Part shown: one piece after another, positions 14,201 to 25,959 of the stretch
Layout: each line of letters starts with the position of its first letter
Numbering within the stretch: the stretch's first letter is position 1
Assembly: GCA_044892525.1 (NCBI GenBank)
Contig: CM097886.1
Location: 61,752,001 to 61,816,000, forward strand
Direction of reading: 5' to 3'
Length of the DNA stretch: 64,000 bases
Source of the DNA: Schmidtea polychroa
Lineage: Eukaryota
Made by a program: the position numbers and the translations under genes
The notes under the pieces: generated by a model
Told to the model about the DNA's origin: nothing
The model's input: the letters and a program-made list of their open reading frames with translations, nothing else
The model's database searches: none

Positions 14201-15480
14201 TCAATTTTATTTGAATAAGTTTCGATTAGTAACAAATACAATTTAAAAAAAGTAATTTGTTTGAGAATGTCAAACGTTCGTTGTATGCAGCACCGGGACT
14301 AGATTATTTGGCGCCCATGGCAAATTGATAAAGATGACAAATATAGAAGCACTATTACAATTTTATTTTTCTTGCTTTAAGATTGGAAAATTTATCAATT
14401 ACATCGTCAAAACATAGAAATTTTTGATGACTAAAGTTTAAAGTCTTCATTTATAAGTATGATTTCTGAATATCTAAAATTTAAAAAACCTAGTTGAAAT
14501 TATTTAATGTGGGAACAAAATTCACATATTTTATTATAAAATTTGAATTTTTTTCAAAAAAATGCGCCTATCGCGAATGCCATACCAGCCATCCCCTCGT
14601 CACTGGGCTAGTTGTATGTATCGTATTTGGAAAAGTGTACATTCGTGAACCCATTTTGAAAATGGAAATTATTCTTATCTGACTAGTAAATAATTTTTAT
14701 TATTAAAATATATCCAAATAAAAATTGATTAATAAATTATTGAATTGATTATTAAATTTTTAATATTAAAATTGATAAGAAACAAATACTAAGTAGAAAA
14801 AGTAAATTTTTTTGTGAATGTCAAAAGTTTATTAGTAAGTAAAGTTTAAAAATTTTATGTGATGAGTTCGATATTTGAATAATAAAATACATTACAATAA
14901 GTGCGACTGATTTATTGATAATTTTAGATATGCAATTCGCTTTTATTACCGATGTCAGAATTGCCGAAATTTCCAATAAATTATATTGGAGTGTTCACGG
15001 ATCTCAGTGTCAAATTAATCAAGTTTTTTCAGCGTATTGATGATTTTATGATAGTATTTGTGGAATCGGCAATAGTAATTTATTGCAATTGTCAATGATG
15101 ATATCTAATGCCAATATTTCAGAATGAAATCACAGGAGATTGCAGAGGAATCCTGATTAAAAGAGTAGCCAATGATAATGTGTATTCCTTTAATTGGCTG
15201 GCATTATTCGCTAAAAGTGAAATTATAATTTAAATGATATTTTTCTTATTGAGCTCTTTTTTGTAGTATTCAATAAACGTTTCGAACTCATGCGATATGG
15301 ATATTTGAGGGGTCTTGATGAAGAGTTCAAAAAACTGTTGTCAAATTCTTCATTTTCTAAATTCTTTGAAAAAGTGATTTTTTAGAAAAACTTTTTTTTT
15401 GACATTTTATTTTTATAAATTTATATTTTAGGAATTCAAAAATTTGCCAGATGAAAATATAAAATCTTTTTGCATTTGAA
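8207..15480 (+). CDS. NAT10: RNA cytidine acetyltransferase NAT10/Kre33, about 13 exons (approx. 8207-8370, micro-exons in 8420-8535, 8604-8830, 8887-~9072, 9119-9445, 9494-9848, 12586-13049, 13095-13253, ~13309-13346, 14928-~15083, 15124-~15217, ~15267-15379, 15433-15480)
   Basis: Motifs in correct order: N-terminal HRAVILLTG, ILGKTFDICIFQDYELLTPNVIARGMETVSGGGLV, Walker A TAARGRGKSAALGL, IDEAAAIP, STISGYEGSG, LEEPIRYGKGDPVE, NSPDDL, GFGSRAL, INYIGV..LIKFF, NEITGD. GT-AG junctions restore frame (e.g. ALNYT|EHIDF, TLTEE|FLES). Micro-exon and last-exon boundaries uncertain. Confidence 0.93.
10776..11310 (-). mobile_element. Internally deleted hAT (Charlie/GTF2IRD2-like) element in NAT10 intron
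   Basis: TIR CAGGGGTTGGCAAACT at 10776; minus strand carries degenerate C..C...LKSHYESKH and IAKHSKPFCDG..KE segments. Other end not located. Confidence 0.7.
11707..11918. mobile_element. Tc1/mariner-superfamily MITE in NAT10 intron
   Basis: Inverted ends TATACTTGCGTATAAGTCGAG / CTCGGCTTATACGCGAGTATA, right end followed by TA; internal repeats ACTTCGACTTATACGCGGGT x2. Confidence 0.7.
12015..12409. mobile_element. MITE, possibly piggyBac-type
   Basis: Perfect 16 bp inverted repeats ACACGTTGACGGACAC (12015-12030) and GTGTCCGTCAACGTGT (12394-12409); TTAA flanks only the right end. Confidence 0.55.
14035..14118. mobile_element. 84 bp Tigger-like MITE
   Basis: TIRs CAGTCGAATCCGCTTAATA / TATTAAGCGGATTGTACTG, TA on both sides; the paralogous flank near 13570-13620 lacks it. 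Confidence 0.8.
14288..14610. mobile_element. hAT-type MITE
   Basis: Perfect 8 bp TSD GTTGTATG (14280-14287 and 14611-14618); imperfect TIRs CAGCACCGGGAC / GTCACTGGGCTA. Confidence 0.7.
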
Positions 15481-15639
15481 TAAATTTTTTCGAATTTTTT
15501 TGATTTGTTTGATTTTTTTAAATATTTTTTTAAATTAATTAATTTTTTTTTGGTATTATTTCTTTTTTATTATTGGAATAAATATAAAAAGATCGATAAT
15601 TAACATTTGCACGGTAATATTAATGTTTGGTTTAAATAT

Positions 15640-16630
15640 TTAATGAAATCTGAGGTTGACATACAATCCAATATCATAAACTAGGAAGGAATATTCTTGC
15701 ATCGAAGGTAATGTGCTAATTGGTTTATTTTTGACAGAGCTTTCAATACCACCTGTACCGTTATCATAGTGTTATTTTTGGTATAGATTATTTCTGTATA
15801 CAAGATCTACATTTTTTGTTAAGAGTGTTCGACTTATTGTCATAGGAGTAGTCTAAGGGGGAATAATGGGTGTGTAATGCATACTGTTTATACAATGTGT
15901 TTCGGCATAAGGTGCATTCCAGCGAGGTATGGGTAGATACGTAAAATATATGTTCAAACCTATTTTTATTTTCGAATCACTTATTAGTTTTCGAGATTCA
16001 GGCTCCCGAAGAAAATAAATTCCCAGAGCAAACTTTTGATAGCACATTCCGTACATGAGATACTTAAAAACTCGATTTTACAACACTTTCGAGATAGATT
16101 TTTACTAATTTAAAATGCAATTTAGTTTTTTTATATCAACTGCAATGTATAGTTGTTGTAATATTGGTTCGTAAATATAAATTTTGTTTTTATAAAAATG
16201 CACAGTATGACTGATAATTTGATTACAATATTTCATTTTTTTGTTTTTTTGGGTCAATAAAATTTTTCACGAGAAATAATATGACTTACTTTTGCTAATT
16301 GATCAATATCTCGTAAGTACATATTGTACTGAAATATAGATATACGGCTTATCTAACTACGTAAAAAACCATCAACAATAGATATTTATAGGGAATTAAT
16401 TATTAACAGTATTTATTAATTCAAAGTAGCTACAGTTGAATACAGATTTGTTCCCTTAACATTAATGGGAAGACTGAGTTTGAATGTCTCTATCCAAGGA
16501 ATCATAAAAGCTTTGTCTTCTAAAATCCATTCAAAGTTATGGTAGTAAACGGAATTTTTCCCACACATTGCGAGAGATCGACGATCGACCAAAATGGGCC
16601 TCGCGATCGACTTGTTGTTCATCCATGGTA
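15640..16630 (-). mobile_element. Highly degenerate Ty3/gypsy pol relic (RNase H end to integrase)
   Basis: RPILVDRRSL...FEWIL...LSLPIN resembles the RNase H C-terminal block; downstream frame with stops (KYLMYG...ALGIYF, PIPRW, NGTGGIESSVK) follows the integrase layout. Weak by-eye match. Confidence 0.45.
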
Positions 16631-16950
16631 TAAATCATTCATATATACATACTGTGTTGTTTTTGATAAAAAATTTATTGCATGAGTTGGTAGGATTTCA
16701 AAGAAAAATGAATTATAATTGTCAACAAGTTACTGTCAAGATTTTATAAGAAATTATAAAAATTTCACATTTTAAATCATTTATGTTTATTTTATGTTTA
16801 TTAAATCATTTATTTAATGGAAATTTTTTTTCAAAAAAGGTAAGTTTTTTATAATTTCACGGATGATGATCACTAGTCTTAGTTTGTATTCTTCATTACT
16901 TCATGTTTATTTTTATTTTATCTATTTTCTTATTTTTCGTTTAACTTTAT

Positions 16951-17564
16951 TTTCTCCCATTTTTATGACTTTTTTTACCGTATAACGAAATTCTTGAAAC
17001 TGTTATACCACAAAGCTATATAAAGAGCGGCCATATAGTGAAGTATGAGTGTATATTTATATTTTTATAAATATTATTATCCTTTTCTGATATTTCAATA
17101 TCTATTTAGTTGGAATTTATAATTTCCTCCATGATCTGTTAACAGATTTCTATTGAAATTATTTTAATATCAATAATATGGTATACAACCTTGAAATTCA
17201 ATGATTCGCTGGTGATGACCAACTTCTTTACACATCTAACATCTAAGTATCATTAGTCTTAGTTTGTATTCTCCATTGCTTCATGTTTATTTTTATTTTA
17301 TCTATTTTCTTATTTTTCGTTTTAACTTTATTTTCTACTTTATTCTTGTAATGTTGATGTGTCACAGATCTATTATAAACATTAGGATAGCTATTATTCT
17401 TTTTATTTTCATGATGTTGTTTTCCCTTTGATTGATTACTTGTGTTTAATTTTGAATTTCGATGATTAAGAGTATATTGATTTAATTTGTATCCGTACAT
17501 GATCGTCTTTGGCATTTTCCTTTAGCTCTTCTATAACTTATCTATAATGTTTCGTTTGAGATTT
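16951..17564 (+). repeat. Segmental duplication copy 2, preceded by a rearranged sub-copy (16869-16956, matching 5254-5342)
   Basis: Direct sequence comparison. Confidence 0.95.
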
Positions 17565-17599
17565 CTTTTATTATCATTATAAATTTTAGAGTCTGTCTC

Positions 17600-19110
17600 A
17601 AATTATTGAGAGGAAGTCAAATGAACAGGTAGTAGTGAAATAGTGGCGTCGAGCTGAATGAGCCTTCGATTCTATGCTCTAACAATTGCCCTACTGGTCC
17701 AAAATCTGACACCATATGATGGGTAACTAGAAATGTGTCCACGAATGTCCGAGTCGTCTTGGTGACAGGAGCTTTGTTTCGGGTTCAGATAAAATAAACT
17801 GATTGTGAATAACAAATAGAAATGAAATTGTACGAAAAAATTCGGAGTGCTAAACAAGTAAAAATGGACGGAAGTTGCCAATAGTCGTAAATGAGTCTTG
17901 AATAGAAAATGCGTTACTAATGTCTCCTAACTCCAGTAAACCTGATCGCTTAGACACTCAAGCGCCAACAATAGTGATAATAAATCATAATAAAAATATC
18001 AATATTAGAACTAGTAATATTAATGATTTTGACCATGGTGACCAAGCAACAATATCATAATAATGATCAGACTGTTTGGCTTGTTGAACTTCTTGATCTG
18101 AAAAACTTCTTTCCCCACTAACTACAGAGATAGCGATTTTTGTTGAGGATACCTAAATAGTAATAAGTAAATTACCTGGGGAAGATCTGCATGACAATTG
18201 GGACGACCTATGGGAACACGGAGTAGAAATCGGAAGTAAAAAGAAATGAAAAATGAAAAGATAAATCAAAGAAAAGGAAACAAACAAGAAATTAAAACAA
18301 AGGTCATTGTTAATTAAGAAGTACAAACGAGTACGAAACGAAATGGGAACAGTCGGGAAATGCGGGAGAAAGAAAAGTAAAAAACATTTGATTATCTCTA
18401 GTACCACAAATAAAACAAGCTTTATAAAGAGAAACTGTTGGACATAAAATTCAGATAAAACCGAGACAACAAATTAGGCAAAATCAGACGAAAATTTATT
18501 GGAAAACGATTTGTGAAGAATTTTTGAAAATATAATTGTGAAGAATAATTGTTGGAAAAGATTTGCAGAAAAGAATTAATTGAGAAATAAATGACAGTTT
18601 ATAAACCAATCAGTAGTTAGTGATCTTTCAATCCGGTTTTGTACACAAGTGCTATTCCTCACTGAGTATTGCAATCAGCATTGTATAGTCACCGAGCAGA
18701 GTGTTGAATTGATTGTCAGTGTAAAGTGAAAGTTATTTGTGATTATCAATAAAGATTTCTCTCAAGCAGTATTTTACAAAATTCAGATTGCACGAAAAAA
18801 GCATTCCATAATACAGGCATTTAATATCTTCTGGCTGCCCCTGTTACAGCTAACTGGCTTTTAATGAACTTCTGTGATGTTATTTTTGGCTATCTTTAAC
18901 ATATTTTTTGGAAGCTATTGAAACCACACAGACGTTTTATTTGCCAAATCCAAAGCAGTCTCAAATGATGTCGATGTAGGCGGCTCATCTAAACAGACTT
19001 TAGTACTAAATCTATTTTCATAACATAAATTAGCTTTGTCTCTTCTTTTTCTATCTTTAAGCGATTTTTTCCTGTTCTGATCAATATTGTGTGAAAAATA
19101 AAAATTCACT
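17600..19110 (-). mobile_element. Degenerate Ty3/gypsy pol relic (RNase H to integrase core)
   Basis: VSIASKKYVKDSQK, HSAR*LY..LVYKTG (RNase H) then PWSK..IITIVGA*VSK..FRTISF..HN (integrase core layout), many stops. Confidence 0.55.
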
Positions 19111-19499
19111 GTTCCCAATTATTAGAACATAATAATTTTCAATCATATACCTTTTTGTATGGAATAAATGCATTTAAAATTTAATTTACTGGAATTTATT
19201 AGGAAAAAATAACGACAACTTTACTTTGATTTAATAATCAAATAAAGACATGATTTCATAATATTTATCTTGAATAAATTTTATTAAATTTGTTAATACA
19301 TCAATTCTGTTTTTACGCAATAGATACGTTCCCAGAAAACTCACGCAAAAATAGATACGATATCTATATAAAAGTAAAGGATTGGCTATAGGATATAGGA
19401 ACACAAAAAAACATAATTAAAAATACTAATTTAACAAAACAAAAAAAAATTCATTTTAATGAAACAAAAAATGGGAGAATATAACATAAATGTTTTTTG

Positions 19500-22250
19500 A
19501 TATTAAAGAGTCGACCGTTGGCTACTCTGAATCCACGTGTCCCAAAATTTACAAACACAAACTCCCAACGTATATTTGTTTATAGCAAATTTACAATTCT
19601 CAATAAATAATTACAACTTTGAATTTGGAATTTTCTTAATACTCCCATAATCGTTGTAATTGTTCCTTTTTTAACCTAATTGGTTTTGACTTCATTATTT
19701 ATCGTTCTCTAATTAGTTATTTCTGTTGACTCTTTTAGTAATTCCTCTTCTTTTGTTTACCCTCGTTTATCCGACTGTTTGGATAATTGTCCTCTAAATT
19801 TCCAGTTTGTTTATTCTCCCTAATTGCCGCGCTCGGGTTTCCCATTAGCGAATTAATTAATTAATATTTTGTGTTTTTTTCATATTTGCCTGTTTAACGA
19901 CCCTTTCTAAACATTTTCTAACAATTTCTTGCTCACTGTCTTCTTCACCATTCCCTAATCTACACCTTTCCCGTTTTCCAGCTTCATTCTTGATAACATT
20001 TCACTTTATTCCACTTCCTCAGGTTTGCGCATTTTGCCATTTCGTGTCTGATTGTACCCTTTTATAGTTCTGTTTTAGTCATATCTTTCTTTGCCATTAC
20101 TTCTCTGCTTGACCGCCATTCTTTTTCGTTCAATTTCGGTTTTCTTTTTTTCGGAACTATTCAATTTGATATAATTTAATAATTTACTTTTACAATCTCA
20201 ACATGCTATCACTGCTTGATGAAATACGCATTCGTCTATGTAAGACTTGAACGTGACTTTCGTCACTTGAAATATTTTCATTTTCAAGTAGTGCTATTGT
20301 TTCAATAGGTTTAGTAAAAAAAATCCATTATCAATGGTTGTGTTCCTGTTTTGATAAGACTATCACGTTAAATCAAATCAAATTCCGTAAATACAGAATA
20401 AGGTGTACATTTGTTAAAAAATTATTTTAAATTTGATCAAACTCATTTTAAATCGAAATAAATCCAAAATTGAAATAATAAATTTTTAAACATGCTGAAA
20501 GAATTATTGATAAATTAATTATAATTGCAAATGTATAAAAGTAATGCAAACAGGCGTAATAAATAACTACATTTGCTGGATAAAACAATAATTCCCTTCC
20601 CTGAGTGTAATACAAAATTTGTATTATACCGATATATAGTAAAAAATATGTTCATATTTTTAATGTGAAATTGTATTATTATTTTGTTTTCTAACTATGA
20701 TTTATTTGTTTAGCAACTAGAAAATAAGCCATGATCAAAATTAACAAAATTTTATTTAATATTGATATCTGTTGAACTTCATATTCTGTGCTTGGTGCTT
20801 CTTGCAAAGTACTTTCTTCTTCGCAATTTTAATAGTTCTGGTATTCTCATTGCATCTTCTCGTCCATTTTTTTGTTGAAAAATTTAAAAAGTGACTTCTC
20901 TCAATATTAAAACAACATATATATTTATATGTGAATTTGTTGGGTTTTTGATTAATTTAAGTCGGTTACCTCTGACTCCTCGTGTCCTTTAAATCAAAAC
21001 AATAACGACCCAACGTATATTGAAATAACAAAATTCACAATCTTCTCTCAAAACTTTACAATCAATAATCAAAGTTACGTTTGACCGATTCTCAGCACGG
21101 CGTTGATGCTTTGTAAATAGATAATATTCACCTTTTATTTCTTTAGATTCTCTTGACCCACGTTTTCCTCTTTTCTGTTTGATTTGATTCTATTTCACCT
21201 TTTCGTATTCCTATTCTATATCTTCTTTTCCCTAATCTCCTTAATTCGTTTTACCTATTCCTAACTTGGTTTCTTCTAACCCTAGCTGAGGCAAAATGCC
21301 GATTTGCTCTGATTTTCCCTTTCCTTATATACTCCTCGAAATCGGGATGACAAATAGTTATTGCCGAGCCAATCTTTCACTTGACATTTGCTTCCACGTA
21401 TCTGCTTCGGCTGTCACCCGAAGATAATATATAATATTCACCTTTTATTTCTTTAGATTCTCTTGACCCACGTTTTCCTCTTTTTCTGTTTGATTTGATT
21501 CTATTTCACCTTTTCATATTCCTATTCTATATCTTCTTTTCCCTAATCCCCTTAATTCGTTTTACCTATTCCTAACTTGGTTTCTTCTAACCCTAGCTGA
21601 GGCAAAATGCCGATTTGCTCTGATTTTCCCTTTCCTTATATACTCCTCGAAATCGGGATGACAGATAGTTATTGCCGAGCCAATCTTTCACTTGACATTT
21701 GCTTCCACGTATCTGCTTCGGCTGTCACCCATAATGGTCAAACGAACCAAGATAATTAATGGCCCTTCCGGCCTTTCTACACGCACTATCTTCTCCTTGC
21801 TCTTTTCCAATTAATCATTGTGTCAAGCTAATGGGCCCAAATCTTCCTTCTGTTTACTTTTCTTCTTGTTTACCCAGCTCGGGTTTCCTTCATCTCTCGG
21901 GTTCTCATTAGCTCAGGGTTTCTATTAGCCAATTATTTAATTTATTAACGTTTTCTGTTTTTACACATTTGAATGCTTTTCGACCCTTCCTAACCATTTT
22001 CTGATAAATCCCTAACCATCATCTTGTTGACCATTTGCTACTCTATACCTGTCCCGTTTTCCCAATTCGATTTCGATGATTTTACAATTTATTGATTTTT
22101 CTCGGATTTCCGGATTCTTGCCTTTCGTAATTGCTTTTGGTATTTTCTAATACTGCTTCCATCACACTTTCCTTTACTATCAATTCTGTGCATGATCACG
22201 CTTTTATTTGTCTTTTTTCTTCACCTAAATTTCATTTAAATTTATTTTAA
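19500..22250 (-). mobile_element. Two related degenerate LTR-retrotransposon 3' ends with LTR-like segments
   Basis: 19510-19580 resembles 20960-21030 and 19790-20200 resembles 21790-22250; minus-strand LTR-like unit TGACAGCC...TATATAAGG...GGAGTCA. Confidence 0.45.
21121..21730 (+). repeat. Tandem duplication of about 300 bp (21121-21419 and 21431-21730)
   Basis: Two near-identical copies separated by an 11 bp spacer GAAGATAATAT. Confidence 0.95.
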
Positions 22251-22816
22251 TTTAATGACCTCAACAAATTTACAATATAAATATTAAATATAATATATAT
22301 TTTGTTATCAATTCTTTAAAAAGTCTCCCAAATTGCTTTAATTTAAACAATTTCGCCTTTTCGCCTTTTCGTAATTTAAGTTTTTAAAAATGAATAGTAA
22401 AAAGGTTTAAATAACAAACTTTGGTAAAAAATATTTTCACTAAATCTCGATAAAGTTGTGATCATTAGTTCCGTTGAGTTTTTGAACTAATTAGCTCCAT
22501 TCAAAAAGTTTTTCAGTCATTTTTCATTTCTCAAAATAACTTTCTTTGGAATTTTTGAAATGAAAATGTAAAAAATTATTTTAAAATATTTCATCAAAAA
22601 TTCATTTATCATACCATTTGAAATCTTGCCAATAAAAACTATTAAAATTGAATAAACAAATTCACAAAATGCCAAATGATTTAGTAAATATTGTAGATAA
22701 ATAAAATTAAAATATTCAAATACTTTACTCACTACTTATTTATTTAACAGAAAACTTTAACCAAGTGATATTTATTTTCGTTTTACAATTAGTTTTTTAA
22801 GGAAATCGTAAAATTA

Positions 22817-23107
22817 ATGCATCATATTCGAGATCCCATTACTGGGAGAATTGTTGAACAATGCTCGACAAAGCACAATATCAATGAATCAGACCTGAAG
22901 AATCAAAACTTCATATTCATAGAAGTATGTGATAATATTTTGATATCTCTCAGGAGCTTATTCAGGGAAATCACGCTCCAAACTATCAAATTCCTAATCC
23001 AAGAAATAAATCAACAAATAATTTCCTACGACAAAATTTGGACTTTGAATGTCAACATCAAAATAAACGAAATTGCAAGTCAAAATCAAAAGATTTCTCG
23101 GCTTTGA
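22817..23107 (+). CDS. Hypothetical 96 aa protein
   Basis: ATG-initiated open frame with coding-like composition in AT-rich surroundings; no motif recognised. Confidence 0.3.
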   Translation: MHHIRDPITGRIVEQCSTKHNINESDLKNQNFIFIEVCDNILISLRSLFREITLQTIKFLIQEINQQIISYDKIWTLNVNIKINEIASQNQKISRL

Positions 23108-23306
23108 AATCGAATAAAATTCCTTCAGTAATTTTTGTATATTTTGAACTTTATTTGAACTTTCATTTTAGTCAAAATTATCAAACTCTTACAATTCTCA
23201 ACATAAATTAAACTTTTCGACAGGGGAAATTTCAAATATTCATACAGGCTCGCATTCAAATAATAATCATGTCTATTTAGCTAAAAATAATACGGTTAAT
23301 TTTAAT

Positions 23307-23364
<58 letters not shown>

Positions 23365-23368
<4 letters not shown>

Positions 23369-23604
23369 ATTTAAAGTTCATGTTTTATAATCAGAAATCA
23401 AACACGAGAAACCAGTTTCAAAAAGAATATGATGAAGAATATGATACACCTATTCAATCAAGAAATTATTATAATGGATCACATTTTTATTATGATCCTT
23501 TTCTGCGTCAAAATATTCTAATGCAATCAAACAATCAAAAACATTTAGATGCGTATCCACATTATCCTACAAATGTTTATCCTTCTTATTTTCCACCGAG
23601 ATGC
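23365..23604 (+). CDS. Partial Tyr/Pro/Asn-rich hypothetical ORF running into an assembly gap
   Basis: 80 open codons before the N-run; directly preceded by an (AAT)n microsatellite (about 23310-23364). Confidence 0.3.
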
Positions 23605-23945
23605 NNNNNNNNNNNNNNNNNNNNNNNNNNNNNNNNNNNNNNNNNNNNNNNNNNNNNNNNNNNNNNNNNNNNNNNNNNNNNNNNNNNNNNNNNNNNNNNN
23701 NNNNNNNNNNNNNNNNNNNNNNNNNNNNNNNNNNNNNNNNNNNNNNNNNNNNNNNNNNNNNNNNNNNNNNNNNNNNNNNNNNNNNNNNNNNNNNNNNNNN
23801 NNNNNNNNNNNNNNNNNNNNNNNNNNNNNNNNNNNNNNNNTTACGCAGCGGTATTTTAAAATTTAAATATATTTTAAAAATACATTTTGACGCCATTTTC
23901 ATTATTTTCAACATTTTCATTAGTTGCACGATCATTTTCATCAAA

Positions 23946-23976
<31 letters not shown>

Positions 23977-24005
23977 ATTGTTTTTATTATTATTTTTTTT
24001 CAAAA

Positions 24006-24036
<31 letters not shown>

Positions 24037-24558
24037 ATTTAATTTTATTATTATTCACATAAATATTCACATTATAAAGACATGTTCCAGTCAGGCACAT
24101 GTCACGTGTAATTAAACCAAGATGTCTTTATGTGAGTAACAATGACTCATCATTTTAGAACAAAGCATAGAGTATGTGTGCGTATATTTCCCTATCCAAT
24201 CGGTATTCTGATTGGATAGACGTTGCATATACTCTATGCTTCGTAATTAATTTTTGAAAATGCTCGTGGATTGATAAGTAAATTTTAACTATTATGTTTT
24301 TAATTATTATGTTTTTAGGAATTATGAAACCAATTTTGTTATTAAACCAATTTATGAAATAAATTTTGTTGTGAAACCAATATTGTTATGAATTATGAAA
24401 CCAATATCAGAAATGGTTGTTTTTATGTAATTACTTTGAAGATAATATTTTGAAAATAATATGTTAAAAATAACTTGATAATAATAAAAAAATGATAATA
24501 ATAATTATAATAAAATTAATAATAATAGTAATAATAATACATTGTACATAATAATTAT

Positions 24559-25571
24559 CAGCGCCGGATCTAGCCACTTGGGGGCCCAGGTGCAAGAAGC
24601 GATTTTGATTTTGGGGCCCTCTTCCATTCATTTAAAAAAAATTATTCTTCTAATAAAATAAAATAACAATAAGTTTTAATTAATACAATAACATGATTTA
24701 TTTATTTACTTTTAAAAAAATACTTGATTTTTTTTAAATATAATTAGCTTTTAAGAGAAAAAATAATTATTTATTTATATTAATATAATTAAACAACAAA
24801 AAAATATACAACGAAAAAAAAACATAAAAAAAATTGCACTTAAAATTCATTTGCAACTTGTTGAACTTTTGTAAATAGTATAGAAATTTATTTAAGATAA
24901 AAATACGAAAAACATAACTCTTATTTAAGCCTCCTTGCCTTTTCTTCCGCAAAAACAGATATCAATTGACTAAAATTTATTGATTTTGCTTCATCTACTT
25001 CGATCGACAATAACGCCAATGACGATAATCTTTCTTGAGCCATAGTAGAACGAAGGTAAGTTTTAATTAGCTTCAACTTACTGAATGATCTCTCTGCGCT
25101 AGCAACAGTTACAGAAAAGGTTAAAAATATACGCAACGCAATTATAAAATTAGGAAATATATCAGAAAAAAAACAGACGCACATTTACATTTTTGCTTTT
25201 TGCTGTTTGAAAATGGCGGAATAATTTAATTTTGACGTATTTGCAACAAACAGTGATGCTAGATCTAATTTAAAAATTCCCCTACCCATTAAACATTGAA
25301 TCGAAGAATTTTCTTTGCTATATTTTCATACAGCTGCAGAAATATTACATCAACCATTTTCGAAAAAAAGTAATGTCTTTTTTGGAAAAATAATTTTATC
25401 TTTTTTTTATTTTTTGTCAAAAAAAAATTATAAAAAATGGAAAATGAGTGCAATTTTTTTAAAAATATAAATAAAAAAAAGTGGAAAGATAAAAGTGTTT
25501 GACGGGGCCCTTTTGAGAGGGGGCCCGGGTGCATCGCATCCTTTGCACCCCCCCCCATAGATCCGGCTCTG
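24559..25571 (-). mobile_element. Internally deleted hAT (Tip100/ZMYM1-like) element
   Basis: TIRs CAGCGCCGGATCTA / TAGATCCGGCTCTG; perfect 8 bp TSD ATAATTAT; retains the dimerisation domain (VTVASAERSFSKLKLIKTYLRSTMAQERL, 24921-25184). Confidence 0.93.
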
Positions 25572-25576
25572 ATAAT

Positions 25577-25622
<46 letters not shown>

Positions 25623-25959
25623 TAAATGATAAAAATAATATTACTTTGAAAAGATATAATATGATATTGAAAATAATAATAATAACATCTTTGTTCTAGT
25701 GGAGTCCTGTTTTCATGTTCTAAAAATAGATGATAAGTCATGTGATGAGTCATTGTCTTTGTTCCAAAAATGATGAGTCATATGTCCTTGAATGTCCTTC
25801 ATGAGACATCGGATCCAAAATGTTATTAAAAATAGAATGACCTTGATGAGTCTTCGGTGAGTCATATAACCTTGATGAGTCATCACAAAATTGAAACAAT
25901 TTTGATGAGTCATCGGGGAAGGGGTATGTGATGACTCATGGAGCACACATCTATCTACT

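Noticed and set aside
15650-16113. Possible further plus-strand NAT10 exons (e.g. INSQSKLLIAHSVH)
   Set aside because: No consistent splice path found, and the minus strand is better explained as an integrase relic; not fully excluded.
16416-16622. Resemblance to EBP2 (PWIET)
   Set aside because: The downstream EBP2 motifs (RP.DYFAEM) are absent.
15640-19110. Long minus-strand frames with in-frame TAA/TAG/TGA but few frameshifts, suggesting stop-codon reassignment
   Set aside because: NAT10, PCC1, the AC40-AC19 gene and the capsid gene contain no in-frame stops and use ordinary CAA/TGG; these frames fit decayed gypsy pol under AT-biased mutation.
18915-19118. bHLH-like look (RKRRDKAN)
   Set aside because: It lies in line with RNase H motifs of a decayed gypsy pol; no full HLH.
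23549-23975. ORFs spanning N-runs (also 58517-58764 and 60285-60642)
   Set aside because: Artefacts of assembly gaps.
25289-25946. ORFs with MTH repeats and poly-Ile
   Set aside because: Translations of TGAGTCAT motif repeats and (AAT)n microsatellite.
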